IMG/VR virus record: IMGVR_UViG_3300020441_000006
Coordinates: 1 to 55,136 of that record
Strand: one strand, 5' to 3'
Length of the DNA: 55,136 nucleotides
From: a virus
Lineage: Duplodnaviria; Caudoviricetes
Within the stretch, counting starts at the first letter, position 1, and every line of letters begins with the position of its first letter. Both the position numbers and the translations under genes were made by a program. The notes beneath the pieces were generated by a model. It was not told the DNA's origin, did no database searches, and worked only from the letters and a program-made list of their open reading frames with translations. Below, one piece after another: positions 17,893-27,842 of the stretch.

Positions 17893-19551
17893 ATGGCCCT
17901 GAAATTCTATGATAGAACCAAGGAAGAAGCTACCACAACAGGCACGGGAACATTCTCGTTATCTGGAACTGGAGCTGATGGAGGTTTTAGAGCCTTTTCA
18001 GCCGTTCATGCAACGGGTGATGAGGTCTTCTATTGTGCTGTTGATTCTTCCAATAATGCTTTTGAGGTAGGTAAAGGAACTTTAACTTCTGGTACTCCTT
18101 GGACTTTATCTAGAGCAGAAATTAAATCTTCTTCTAATTCTAACAACAAAGTCAATTTTGCCTCTGCTCCTGAAATATTTTCTACATACCCGGCTGAAAA
18201 CGCAGCTTTCTTTGATACGGATATGCCTAATAATGTTGTGGAAACAGACGCTATATTTACTGACACGTTGACAGCGGATAAAGCTCTTTCTGGACAATTT
18301 AAAGGTACATTACAGTTTAATAAATCTTATTTTACTTCTACCGATTATACAGTTGCATCAGGTCATACATTAACTGTAACAGATAGTGCTGATCTATATG
18401 CTGTTAATATCACTACATCTACGATTATGGATAGAACGGGTGACTTTACAAGCGATACAACTGTTACTGCTGATACTTTATTTTCTCCGGGAATTAATGC
18501 TTATGCTACCGTTACTATAAATAATGGTATTACAGCTACTGTATCTCCCGTTGGCACAACATTTGTTAATAATGGTAACGGAATTATTTCTGATAGTTTT
18601 CAACAAGAAGGAGGTTCTGTTAAGTGGAAATTACCGATGGCCGATGGCGCCCCTAATACCGAAATTGTAACAGACGGAGTTGGAGGATTAAAACTTAAAG
18701 GCGCATCAAGTGGAGGAGGAGCAGCAACTCCCACACCTACAGAAGAAAGATTGGTTAAAGTTTGGGATTACAATAATTATACTCCAGCTGCTCCAGTACA
18801 TGGTTTTGAATGTATGATTCCCACATCACTAGCAGCAAGTCCTAACGAAATAGAAAGTTTTCATTGGAAATTGAAATTTGTTAATTTTGGTAGCACTAAT
18901 GATACTACCGCTTCGTATAATAGTATGTTGTGTTACATCGCTCCCCTTTCCACAGCCGGTGGAAGTCCTATATTAGACAGCACGAGCGCTAATTATTATG
19001 GATATATATATTATAGAAACAGTAACAACACATCATGGACGCAAAGCTATAGTCGACAAAGCGCAAAAGATGTAACTCATAGTTATTCAGGTGGTAGTTA
19101 TGCGTGTAATGATTATGGTGTGCAACTTTGGGGGTATAATAGTAATCCGCAAATACCTTCTTGGGGTAATACTACTTATTATGGCCCTAGTATTGAAAAT
19201 AATCCATTTAGTTCAACAAACTATACTAATCAGAGAACAAATTTAAATGGCAATATTAGAATACAAAACACCATAATGAGTCCTGATTGTGATTGGGAAT
19301 TAACTTGGTCAAGTTATCAAAGCTCTTACTCTCACCGACCTGGACAGGCATGGGGAACTATGATGAATCAGCCCAATAATAGTAATACTCTGAATAAAGT
19401 TACAACTGGTCATGCTCAAGGTATTAAATTGTGGTTTTTACCGAATGATGTAAATGATTTAAGTGGCACTAATATAACTGGTGTAGTAAGTGGTAGAATA
19501 GAATGTTGGGTAACATTAAAACAATCTGCAGCTGAATTGGCAGTAGCTTAA
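17893..19551 (+). CDS. Tail fibre / receptor-binding protein
   Basis: DR.KE..TTTGTG..L..EVG.G anchor domain; LP.ADG..TDG.G.L linker; N/Y/S-rich head. Confidence 0.75.
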   Translation: MALKFYDRTKEEATTTGTGTFSLSGTGADGGFRAFSAVHATGDEVFYCAVDSSNNAFEVGKGTLTSGTPWTLSRAEIKSSSNSNNKVNFASAPEIFSTYPAENAAFFDTDMPNNVVETDAIFTDTLTADKALSGQFKGTLQFNKSYFTSTDYTVASGHTLTVTDSADLYAVNITTSTIMDRTGDFTSDTTVTADTLFSPGINAYATVTINNGITATVSPVGTTFVNNGNGIISDSFQQEGGSVKWKLPMADGAPNTEIVTDGVGGLKLKGASSGGGAATPTPTEERLVKVWDYNNYTPAAPVHGFECMIPTSLAASPNEIESFHWKLKFVNFGSTNDTTASYNSMLCYIAPLSTAGGSPILDSTSANYYGYIYYRNSNNTSWTQSYSRQSAKDVTHSYSGGSYACNDYGVQLWGYNSNPQIPSWGNTTYYGPSIENNPFSSTNYTNQRTNLNGNIRIQNTIMSPDCDWELTWSSYQSSYSHRPGQAWGTMMNQPNNSNTLNKVTTGHAQGIKLWFLPNDVNDLSGTNITGVVSGRIECWVTLKQSAAELAVA

Positions 19552-19598
19552 TGAGAAGAATTGCAAACGAATTAAATATATAGTAAAAAGGTAATATT

Positions 19599-20471
19599 AT
19601 GGCATCGTTAATAAAAACAAATAAGATAAGTACACCAGGTGGTGAAGATTTTACTCTTCCTACTACCTATCCCGCTTCTAAATCTACACTACAATCTACG
19701 AGCAGTGGGGTTTGGCAATACAAAACAGGCGGTGTTTCTACTGATCAAATGGGTTCAGGCAGTACACCAGCTGTTATTGGTGAAAGATTTTGCGATAAGG
19801 TAAGGGTAAATAATACTGTTGCTACACCTTCAACCGTTAACCTAAGTTTGACACCTGATAATACGAGTGATGTTGATAATATTGCTTGGTCAAAATTAGA
19901 ATTTGCCGGAGTGTGTTTTGATAACAATTCAGGTAATGATTATTCTCATCCTAACATTAAATTAAAAGATTCTAGTGGCACTGCTATCCTTAGTAGTAGT
20001 TTTAAACAAGCTTATAAAAAACGGGACTCTTATAATGCAGGGAATGGAAGTTATGTAAATAACAACACCAATGCGAGTTCTAACGGCTTTAAGTTGAATT
20101 ATACTTATAGCATAGCCTCTGGAAGTTTAAGCAGCGATGAAGGATTTACAAAAACTGCTGGGTGGACAGGAGCTGGATTGCTTAGTGGTATAGTTTATAT
20201 TTATTGCTTAACGCCTGCTCAAAACAGTGCAGCTGGAGATATAAATAGAAAAGGTATGATTAGAATGATTTCTCAAATAACATACAGAAATGATCGAACC
20301 TTTAGTAATTCTAGTTGTTATTTTACTCAGAATTTTAGTGATTTTTATATGAACAGTGATGGACAAACATGGAATCAGGCTACTCAACTTGATTTTTATG
20401 ATACGAATGGTAATAACATTAATGAGGGTTTGTTTTGGACATACTCTTTCCTTAATCCAAATAAAACATAG
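19599..20471 (+). CDS. Fibre/receptor-binding paralogue 1
   Basis: T.KI..G..LP..P N-terminal module and beta-rich head. Confidence 0.65.
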   Translation: MASLIKTNKISTPGGEDFTLPTTYPASKSTLQSTSSGVWQYKTGGVSTDQMGSGSTPAVIGERFCDKVRVNNTVATPSTVNLSLTPDNTSDVDNIAWSKLEFAGVCFDNNSGNDYSHPNIKLKDSSGTAILSSSFKQAYKKRDSYNAGNGSYVNNNTNASSNGFKLNYTYSIASGSLSSDEGFTKTAGWTGAGLLSGIVYIYCLTPAQNSAAGDINRKGMIRMISQITYRNDRTFSNSSCYFTQNFSDFYMNSDGQTWNQATQLDFYDTNGNNINEGLFWTYSFLNPNKT

Positions 20472-20479
20472 GATATAAT

Positions 20480-21316
20480 ATGACGGTAAGAACAGAAAAA
20501 ATACAAAGTTTAACAGGATCAGCTCCTTTAAAACTTCCTACATCTTTGCCCTCTACAAATACAACAGTTCAGGTAGACACGGATGGAACGATGACTGCGG
20601 AGTCTGGAGCAGTTACAACATTTAATACTTTAACAAATAGCGCTGGTGAAACAGGGTGGGTATGTCTAAATGTTGTAGAGCAAGATTCTTTAGCAGCAGA
20701 GATTGATGTTCAACTATCTTCAGGATCATCTGTATCCGCTTCTGATATATATATGTATAAAATACTATTTGATCTTCATGGTAGTCAAAACAGTTCAACT
20801 TCAGGACAGTATCTCTATGTAGCCCCTTTAAACGGAAGCACTAATATTTCTAATAGTAATTTATATAATGCAGGTTGGTCAGCTACCGATGGCAGTAGTA
20901 GAAGTTATGGCCCTTATGGAGGCACAGGAAGTGTTGGTTCTTATGAATTTACTACAAGTGGTATTATAGGAACGGGCAATTCTGCTGATACATATAGCGC
21001 GCAATTTGATATGTCTACAACTCAAACAAGTACCTATCCTTGGAGAGCAGGTATTTACGGTGAAATGAGGTATTACAATGGAGCCGGGTTAAGACACTTT
21101 TGTGAACAAGATATGGCTATGAATTGGAGTCACATTAATGGTAATGGTGACTGGTATCAATACAGTTACGGTTATCAAATGTATTCTAATTATTATGTTC
21201 AAAAACCTTACAGCGGTCGAACCAACACTCAATTTGCTGATGGATTTAAATTTTATAGCAATAGCAGTAATAAATGGCAGGGAAATATTCAACTTTGGGG
21301 TATTACTAAAACATAA
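20480..21316 (+). CDS. Fibre/receptor-binding paralogue 2
   Basis: Same N-terminal module; YKI.F and terminal G.IQLWG. Confidence 0.65.
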   Translation: MTVRTEKIQSLTGSAPLKLPTSLPSTNTTVQVDTDGTMTAESGAVTTFNTLTNSAGETGWVCLNVVEQDSLAAEIDVQLSSGSSVSASDIYMYKILFDLHGSQNSSTSGQYLYVAPLNGSTNISNSNLYNAGWSATDGSSRSYGPYGGTGSVGSYEFTTSGIIGTGNSADTYSAQFDMSTTQTSTYPWRAGIYGEMRYYNGAGLRHFCEQDMAMNWSHINGNGDWYQYSYGYQMYSNYYVQKPYSGRTNTQFADGFKFYSNSSNKWQGNIQLWGITKT

Positions 21317-21325
21317 GGAGAAAAA

Positions 21326-22264
21326 ATGTCGACACTTGCTACAAATAAATTAGGAACGCTTTCAGGTAATGCTGATATGACACTCCCTTCAACACGCCCT
21401 AGCGCTACCGCAGAGGGTTATCTTGATAATAATGGAAATTTAACTTTTAGTGCTGCCGGAGCAACGCCTTGTGAGTTTTATGTAACTGATGCTGGCACTC
21501 CTATGGTAACAACAGTTTATGTTGATTCTACCTACAATGATGCCACTCCTGCTGTAGGAGATTCTAATTTTAGTAACAGTTCTAATGATTATTTTGGATG
21601 GAATTTAGGACTTTGGAATTTACCTTCTGCTATACAATCAAATTATTTAGCTCAAGCAAATATGAGGTGGCTCGATTTAGATTTTACTTTTTATAATAAT
21701 GACGATCAGGGCGGCGGAACTCTTGCTTATTTTATGATTTTAAACAGAGCTGGCACAGCTCATGGTTGTAATAATGGCAATCCAAATGGAATCGGTGATA
21801 GTTATGACAGCCAAGGAGCAACAAACAATTCGTGGGAAGGTAATAGCAATTGGAGTAGAAATACAACCGCTAGTGGCTCTGGTTCTAATTCATGGTCTGG
21901 ACAATACAATCAATGGTCATCTGGCCCTTATCTGTATCAAACAAATAGTAATACCCAAATAGGACAAGCTAGTGGAAGACTGCACGTAAAGTGTGCGCCT
22001 GGAGCCTATCAAAGAGTATGGCATGATGGATATTATACTTATAATAACAGCTTTAATTATGGCCCAAACTGGTATTTTGGCGCTAAAATGCCATATCGAC
22101 AAAACACAACGTGGAGTAACTCTAATCAATACACATGGGGTGGAGAATTTGGCGGATTTAGATTAAATGGAGGTGGATCTAGTACAAATGACGCCAACAG
22201 ACAAGTGTGGCTGACTGCTGTTTTAAAATGCAGAATTAAACCAACGGCTGTTGTATCAAGTTAA
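21326..22264 (+). CDS. Fibre/receptor-binding paralogue 3
   Basis: Same N-terminal module; N/W/Y/G-rich head. Confidence 0.65.
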   Translation: MSTLATNKLGTLSGNADMTLPSTRPSATAEGYLDNNGNLTFSAAGATPCEFYVTDAGTPMVTTVYVDSTYNDATPAVGDSNFSNSSNDYFGWNLGLWNLPSAIQSNYLAQANMRWLDLDFTFYNNDDQGGGTLAYFMILNRAGTAHGCNNGNPNGIGDSYDSQGATNNSWEGNSNWSRNTTASGSGSNSWSGQYNQWSSGPYLYQTNSNTQIGQASGRLHVKCAPGAYQRVWHDGYYTYNNSFNYGPNWYFGAKMPYRQNTTWSNSNQYTWGGEFGGFRLNGGGSSTNDANRQVWLTAVLKCRIKPTAVVSS

Positions 22265-22273
22265 GGAGAGAAA

Positions 22274-22726
22274 ATGGCATATCCAACTAAAAAGACATTA
22301 ACCAAAGGTAAAATCAATGATAGAAACCCAACAACATTTGAAAGAGAGTGGAGGGATGAAACCGATGCTGAGTTAGCCGATAGACAAGCTGCTCATGACG
22401 CTTCTGTTGATAACTACCATGTTTCAAGAATTAATGAGTATATAGAGTTATTACAGGGTACAAAGTCTCAATTAGATTGGACACAATTGGTTGATGCTCC
22501 ACTAAAAAATCAAGACGAATTTACAACATATCGAGCAAGTTTAGACGCATTAGTTGCAAACAAAGGTGAATATGTGGATGGAAGTGGTGATCCAGTAGAT
22601 AAAACAGATACTTTTTGGGATGAAGGAAGTGTTTTATATGATTTTGTTCCTACAGCTCCTACTCCAGAATATAAAGATGATTACGATCCCGAAAATCCCG
22701 AAGGTCACGAACCCCCATCAGAATAG
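22274..22726 (+). CDS. Tail fibre assembly chaperone-like protein
   Basis: DWTQL.DAP..YR..L motif after fibre genes. Confidence 0.7.
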   Translation: MAYPTKKTLTKGKINDRNPTTFEREWRDETDAELADRQAAHDASVDNYHVSRINEYIELLQGTKSQLDWTQLVDAPLKNQDEFTTYRASLDALVANKGEYVDGSGDPVDKTDTFWDEGSVLYDFVPTAPTPEYKDDYDPENPEGHEPPSE

Positions 22727-22778
22727 GAGATGAAAACCAGATACTCGTATTCTTTTTTAAAATAGGATAAAATAAAAT

Positions 22779-23792
22779 ATGGCATTTGGTTTTGACTCAT
22801 ACGCACAAGACGCTTTCTCCACTTCAGGAGGAGGGCCAGTCAATGTAACTGTATCCGCTACAGGCGTAGCCGGAACAACTAGCCTTGGAGTTGTTACAAC
22901 TAAATTTGATATGGTGTTTGAGGTTACGGGTGTTCAGGCAACTGGAGCTATTGGAACTGTTAATGCGGGAGCTGGCGTCATAGTCTTCCCAACGGGTGTA
23001 TCGGCAAATGCTGAATTAGGTAACGAAACGGTCTTTGTAGGTATTCTTGTTCCCGTTAATAACACTAACCTTCTAATGACAGCAGAGTTAGGGACAGTAG
23101 AGGCGGTCTTACCGATTACTGCTGAAGTAACTGGAGTTTCTGCAACAGCTCATTTAGGGCAAGAAACGGTTGTTGCGGGTAATGTTATAGCTAAACCAAG
23201 AGGCGATGAAACATTTAATGTGACAGTTGCTAACGGTGGTAGTGGTAATGTTTATTACTTAAACTACTTTATGCAGACTACACTTGATAGTCTTCATCCT
23301 CCATTTACCTATCGCTTTGATTTATCAGACTCTTCTGTTGGAACTCATCCTTTACGATTCTCTACTACAGCAGATGGAACGCACGGAGGAGGAACGGAAT
23401 ATACAACAGGAGTAACAGTTAATGGAGTTGCTGGTAATCCGGGAGCTTATGTAGAAATTACTCTTACTGATTCTACACCACAACTGTATGTCTATTGTGC
23501 AAGCCACCCAGGCATGGGCTTCATGCTTGATATGGATTATAATGCTGAAATAATTGGAAATACCGCACTAAATAGTGTAACAATTAAAGCATCTATACTT
23601 ATTCCAGTAAATAACTCTGGAATGAATGTCTTTGGTATAGTTGGAGATGTAAATGTAACAGGCACAGCTCTTATTACTCCAACCGGAGTGAGTGCCACAG
23701 GATTTATTTCTTCTGGTCAAGTACCTGCTGTTAATGTGTGGCAAGTAATTGACGATTCGCAAACCCCAGGTTGGACGGAGATAGCAGCGTAA
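22779..23792 (+). CDS. Virion protein with V.TGV.A repeats and inserted cupredoxin-like domain
   Basis: TGV.AT..LG repeats; YRFD.SD..HPLRFS..LYVYCASHPGMG. Confidence 0.7.
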   Translation: MAFGFDSYAQDAFSTSGGGPVNVTVSATGVAGTTSLGVVTTKFDMVFEVTGVQATGAIGTVNAGAGVIVFPTGVSANAELGNETVFVGILVPVNNTNLLMTAELGTVEAVLPITAEVTGVSATAHLGQETVVAGNVIAKPRGDETFNVTVANGGSGNVYYLNYFMQTTLDSLHPPFTYRFDLSDSSVGTHPLRFSTTADGTHGGGTEYTTGVTVNGVAGNPGAYVEITLTDSTPQLYVYCASHPGMGFMLDMDYNAEIIGNTALNSVTIKASILIPVNNSGMNVFGIVGDVNVTGTALITPTGVSATGFISSGQVPAVNVWQVIDDSQTPGWTEIAA

Positions 23793-25246
23793 TGGCAAGT
23801 ACATATTCAAATTCTTTAAGATTAGAACTTATTGCTACCGGGGAACAAGCTGGTACATGGGGTTCTACCACCAATCGAAATGTGGGAACTTTATTAGAGC
23901 AAGCAATAGCTGGTTATGAAGTTATAACTATTTCTGGAGATACCACTCTTACAACAAATAATGGTCAAACAGATCAATCAAGAAATATGGTTCTTGATGT
24001 TCAAGGAACTATTGCAACAACTGCAAATATTTATATTCCAGCCCAAGAAAAATTATATGTTGTAAAAAATGGAACAACGGGTGGACAAAGTATAGCTGTA
24101 AGAACAACTGGGCCTACAGGAACAAGTGTCACTATTCCAAATGGTAAAACAACAATTTTATATGGAACGGGTTCTAATGTTTATACAGCTCTTACATTTA
24201 CTGATGATTTAGATATAGATAATATTAATTTTACAGGAAACACAATTTCTTCCACAGATACTAATGGAAATATTAATTTAACTCCAAACGGAACGGGAAG
24301 CGTGGTTCTTTCTAAAGATGTAACAGCAAGTCAAGCTTTAACAGTAACTACAAATTTAGCCGTAGATGGAAATACCACTTTAGGCGATGCCTCTGGAGAT
24401 ACAACAACAATTAATGGTAATGCTGTTTCTATTCCTAATGGATTAAACTTTGATACAAATACTTTAGTATTAGATCAAACAAATAATAGAGTGGGTATTG
24501 GACAAGCTAATCCGTCTTCTGCCCTTCATGTTGCTAATAGAACAATTACCGATGATTTTACTATAGGTGGCACGGGTGGTTATCAATTCCCTAGTTCTTC
24601 TGGAACTTCCGAACAAATTTTACAAATGAACAGTTCTGGAAATTTACAGTTTGTTGATATTGGAACAATTGGAGCATGGTCAACTGTAGGTAATGCTATA
24701 AGTGGTGGAGCAAATTCCATGACTATTTTTGGATCTGTTGCTTATGATGTATGGTGGGCTACTTATCGGTTACTTTTTGATGCTACAACTTTGACAACAT
24801 TTAGAGTTGGTTTAGTCGATTCAGCTGGTAGCCAAGTATCTGCTAGTAACATATTTAACAGCACATTTATCTACCAAGATGTTTCAGGAGCTAGTGGAGG
24901 CGCTGTAACATCAAATGCAAATAAATCTTCTAATGCAGCCACAGGAGTTATTGCTGTTGGAAGTGTCCCTACTTCATCATCAACGGAAGTAGTTGTTGAG
25001 GGAACAATGTATTTATTTAGAAACGCTCAATACTCTTCAGGAAATAATTTTGCTGGTAATGCCCAATCTACGTGTACAAAAGATGGTGGAGCAACTGGTG
25101 ATATAGGTACTACAAGTCAATGTTATATAAAGGAAGCGTCAGCAAATGCGACTGCTGTATATGGCTTAGTGTTTAGTGAATTAGGTGGCAACACCTTAAA
25201 ATCAGGATCTCGTATAGATTTATATGGCGCATCATTCCCAACTTAA
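23792..25246 (+). CDS. Tail fibre protein
   Basis: Probable start MASTYS..LELIATGEQAGTWG (TAATG coupling); GNINLTPNGTG and NNRVGIG..P fibre motifs; IDLYG end. Confidence 0.8.
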   Translation: MASTYSNSLRLELIATGEQAGTWGSTTNRNVGTLLEQAIAGYEVITISGDTTLTTNNGQTDQSRNMVLDVQGTIATTANIYIPAQEKLYVVKNGTTGGQSIAVRTTGPTGTSVTIPNGKTTILYGTGSNVYTALTFTDDLDIDNINFTGNTISSTDTNGNINLTPNGTGSVVLSKDVTASQALTVTTNLAVDGNTTLGDASGDTTTINGNAVSIPNGLNFDTNTLVLDQTNNRVGIGQANPSSALHVANRTITDDFTIGGTGGYQFPSSSGTSEQILQMNSSGNLQFVDIGTIGAWSTVGNAISGGANSMTIFGSVAYDVWWATYRLLFDATTLTTFRVGLVDSAGSQVSASNIFNSTFIYQDVSGASGGAVTSNANKSSNAATGVIAVGSVPTSSSTEVVVEGTMYLFRNAQYSSGNNFAGNAQSTCTKDGGATGDIGTTSQCYIKEASANATAVYGLVFSELGGNTLKSGSRIDLYGASFPT

Positions 25247-25254
25247 GGTAAACA

Positions 25255-27333
25255 ATGCTAGAGAATGTTCAATTCAAACCTGGAGTTATAAAAGAAGGAA
25301 CACGCTATTCAAATGAGGGTGGATGGTATGATTCTGACAAAGTAAGATTTCGTTCAGGTTTTCCAGAAAAAATAGGTGGTTGGGAGAAAAGAGGAAGTAA
25401 TACTTTTCAAGGTATTTGCCGTAGTTTAAATCAATGGGCCGCTATTGATGGAAGTCAATATATAGGTGTTGGAACTAATCTTAAATTTTATGTATCTGAA
25501 GGTGAAGCTTATAATGATATTACACCAACGAGAAAAACTTCTTCACTAACAAATCCATTTACAACTGTTAACGGATCTACTTTAGTTACCGTAACTGATG
25601 CGGGCCATAATGCTGGTCAAAATGATTTTGTAACTTTTTCAGGAAGTGGCGCTGTTGGCGGAGTTCCAGCAGCAGATTTTAACAAAGAACATCAAATAGT
25701 TACAATTATTGATAATGATAATTACACCATAAATGTAGCCACCTCGGCGAGTTCAGCAGTAAATGGAGGTGGTTCAGTTAATGCTGTTTATCAAATTAAC
25801 ACGGGTTCAGTGGACTATACAGCTGGTGTAGGTTTTGGAGCTGGTTTTTTTGGTGGAACACAAACAGGAGTGCAATCAACAACTACAACCGGAACTAATA
25901 ATGCTGGCTCTAGCACCATTAATGTAGTATCCACTGCTGGTTTTACAGTAACAGGAACAATATTAATTAATGAAGAATTAATAACTTATGGAGCATTAAC
26001 AGCTACATCTTTTACAAGCTGTACAAGAGGTCAATCAGGAACACAAGACGCAACACATACAGCTGGAGCTATTGTTCAACAAGCCGATACTTTTATTGGA
26101 TGGGGTAATGCGGCTACATCATTAACAGACGGCCAACAATTACGATTATGGGGTAAAGATAATTTTGGTGAAGATTTAGTATTTAATGTTAATAATGGCG
26201 GTGTTTATTATTGGGATAAATCAGGTGGAGTTTCTGCCCCGGCAGTTGCTTTATCTGCTAAAGCCGGAGCGGATGGATTTGCGCCAACAGTAGCGACACA
26301 AGTTCTTGTTAGTGAACTTGGTAAACATGTTATTTGTTTAGGAGCTAATGAACAAGGATCTAGTACGCAAGATCCTATGCTTATTCGTTGGTCTGACACA
26401 GAAAATCCAAATATCTGGCAAGTATTAAATGAAAATAATGCTGGTGATTATCGACTATCATCTGGTAGTAAAATTATTGGAGGGATTAAAACAAGACAAG
26501 AAATATTAATTTGGACCGACACAGCTTTATATGCCATGACTTATTCTGGTACAAATTTTGTTTTTAATTTTAGTTTAATGGATGAAGGCACTTCTATCTT
26601 ATCACCTAATGCAGCTATCAATGCTAATAATGGTATCTTTTTTGCTGATAGTGAAAACTTTTATGTGTATACCGGTTCAGTTCAAACCTTGCCATGTAGT
26701 GTAAGAAATTATGTATTTAACGATATTAATATGTCACAACGCTACAAAGTTTTTGCTGCTAGAAATGAAAACTTTAATGAAGTGTCTTGGTTTTATCCAA
26801 GTGCTGATTCTACCGAAGTAAATAGATATGTAACTTATAATTATGTAGAAAGAACTTGGGCTGTAGGTACAATGGATAGAACAGCTTGGGATGATGTAGG
26901 AACTTCTGTTACTAATCCTATAGCAGCCGGCACCAATAATTATATATATAACCAAGAAACTGGAGATGATGACGATGGATCTGCAATGACGGCTTATATT
27001 GAATCAAGTGATATTGATATTGGAGCCGGTAATCAAATGATGTTTATCAGGCGTATATTGCCAGATATTTATTTTTATGGAACATCAACTTCACAAGACA
27101 TGAATATAATTGTAAAGGTTAGAGATTATTCATCTAGTTTGAATCCTCCAACAACAGATCAAACATTTACATTTCAAACCGGAGCGAGTAACAGCGGATC
27201 TACGGGATCACAACAATTATATTCTCGCATCAGAAGTAGACAAGCTGCTTTTCGTTTTGAAAGCACTACTACAGGCCAACAATGGAGATTGGGAGGAGTA
27301 AGATTAGATATGAAACCGGATGGTAGAAGATGA
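25255..27333 (+). CDS. Putative tail nozzle / DNA stabilisation protein (beta-propeller)
   Basis: DKVRFR.G.PEKIGGW, DPMLIRWSD.E, EV.WFYPS, PDGRR end; size and position. Confidence 0.7.
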   Translation: MLENVQFKPGVIKEGTRYSNEGGWYDSDKVRFRSGFPEKIGGWEKRGSNTFQGICRSLNQWAAIDGSQYIGVGTNLKFYVSEGEAYNDITPTRKTSSLTNPFTTVNGSTLVTVTDAGHNAGQNDFVTFSGSGAVGGVPAADFNKEHQIVTIIDNDNYTINVATSASSAVNGGGSVNAVYQINTGSVDYTAGVGFGAGFFGGTQTGVQSTTTTGTNNAGSSTINVVSTAGFTVTGTILINEELITYGALTATSFTSCTRGQSGTQDATHTAGAIVQQADTFIGWGNAATSLTDGQQLRLWGKDNFGEDLVFNVNNGGVYYWDKSGGVSAPAVALSAKAGADGFAPTVATQVLVSELGKHVICLGANEQGSSTQDPMLIRWSDTENPNIWQVLNENNAGDYRLSSGSKIIGGIKTRQEILIWTDTALYAMTYSGTNFVFNFSLMDEGTSILSPNAAINANNGIFFADSENFYVYTGSVQTLPCSVRNYVFNDINMSQRYKVFAARNENFNEVSWFYPSADSTEVNRYVTYNYVERTWAVGTMDRTAWDDVGTSVTNPIAAGTNNYIYNQETGDDDDGSAMTAYIESSDIDIGAGNQMMFIRRILPDIYFYGTSTSQDMNIIVKVRDYSSSLNPPTTDQTFTFQTGASNSGSTGSQQLYSRIRSRQAAFRFESTTTGQQWRLGGVRLDMKPDGRR

Positions 27334-27506
27334 GCAGAACACCTGAACAAGTATTAACAAAAACAACTTTACCGCTCCCGGAAAGAGAGTATCAAGAATC
27401 CTATTTTAGAAGGTTAGTAGGTGATATTCAAAGGATATTTACCAGCTTACAAACACCAGAGGAAACTAGAGAAGAGTCTGAGACTTTTTCTTGGTTTATA
27501 AGTTAA
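27330..27506 (+). CDS. Small tail-module protein (58 aa)
   Basis: Not in ORF track; ATGA and TAATG overlaps; LP.P..EY..E.FSWF. Confidence 0.7.
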   Translation: MSRTPEQVLTKTTLPLPEREYQESYFRRLVGDIQRIFTSLQTPEETREESETFSWFIS

Positions 27507-27835
27507 TGGCAAGAGCCTATTTAAATATTGTGAAAAATGGTTTATCATCGGGCGATAATACAATTTATACTTGCCCACAAGGTGGACAAGCTATAGTTAA
27601 AGTTGTAAATATATATAATACCTCTGGAGGAGCTGTAACAGTTTCTACAAAAGTATTAGATAGTTCCTCAACCACTACAGGTGTATGGAACGAAACATCA
27701 GTGTCTGCAAGCACACAAGAACGAGTCCTTCAAAACGGAGAAGTTATAATTTTGGAGTCAAGTGACGTATTGAAAATAAACGCTGGGACAGGAACGGCAA
27801 TAGATTCAATAGTTTCTTTACTTCAAATAACATGA
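27506..27835 (+). CDS. Small beta-sandwich virion protein
   Basis: Start MARAY by TAATG coupling; IYTCP, ILE..D.LK. Confidence 0.7.
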   Translation: MARAYLNIVKNGLSSGDNTIYTCPQGGQAIVKVVNIYNTSGGAVTVSTKVLDSSSTTTGVWNETSVSASTQERVLQNGEVIILESSDVLKINAGTGTAIDSIVSLLQIT

Positions 27836-27842
27836 GGACAAT

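Noticed and set aside
17893-22264. Diversity-generating retroelement acting on the Asn-rich fibre heads
   Set aside because: No reverse transcriptase and no template/variable repeat pair visible in the window
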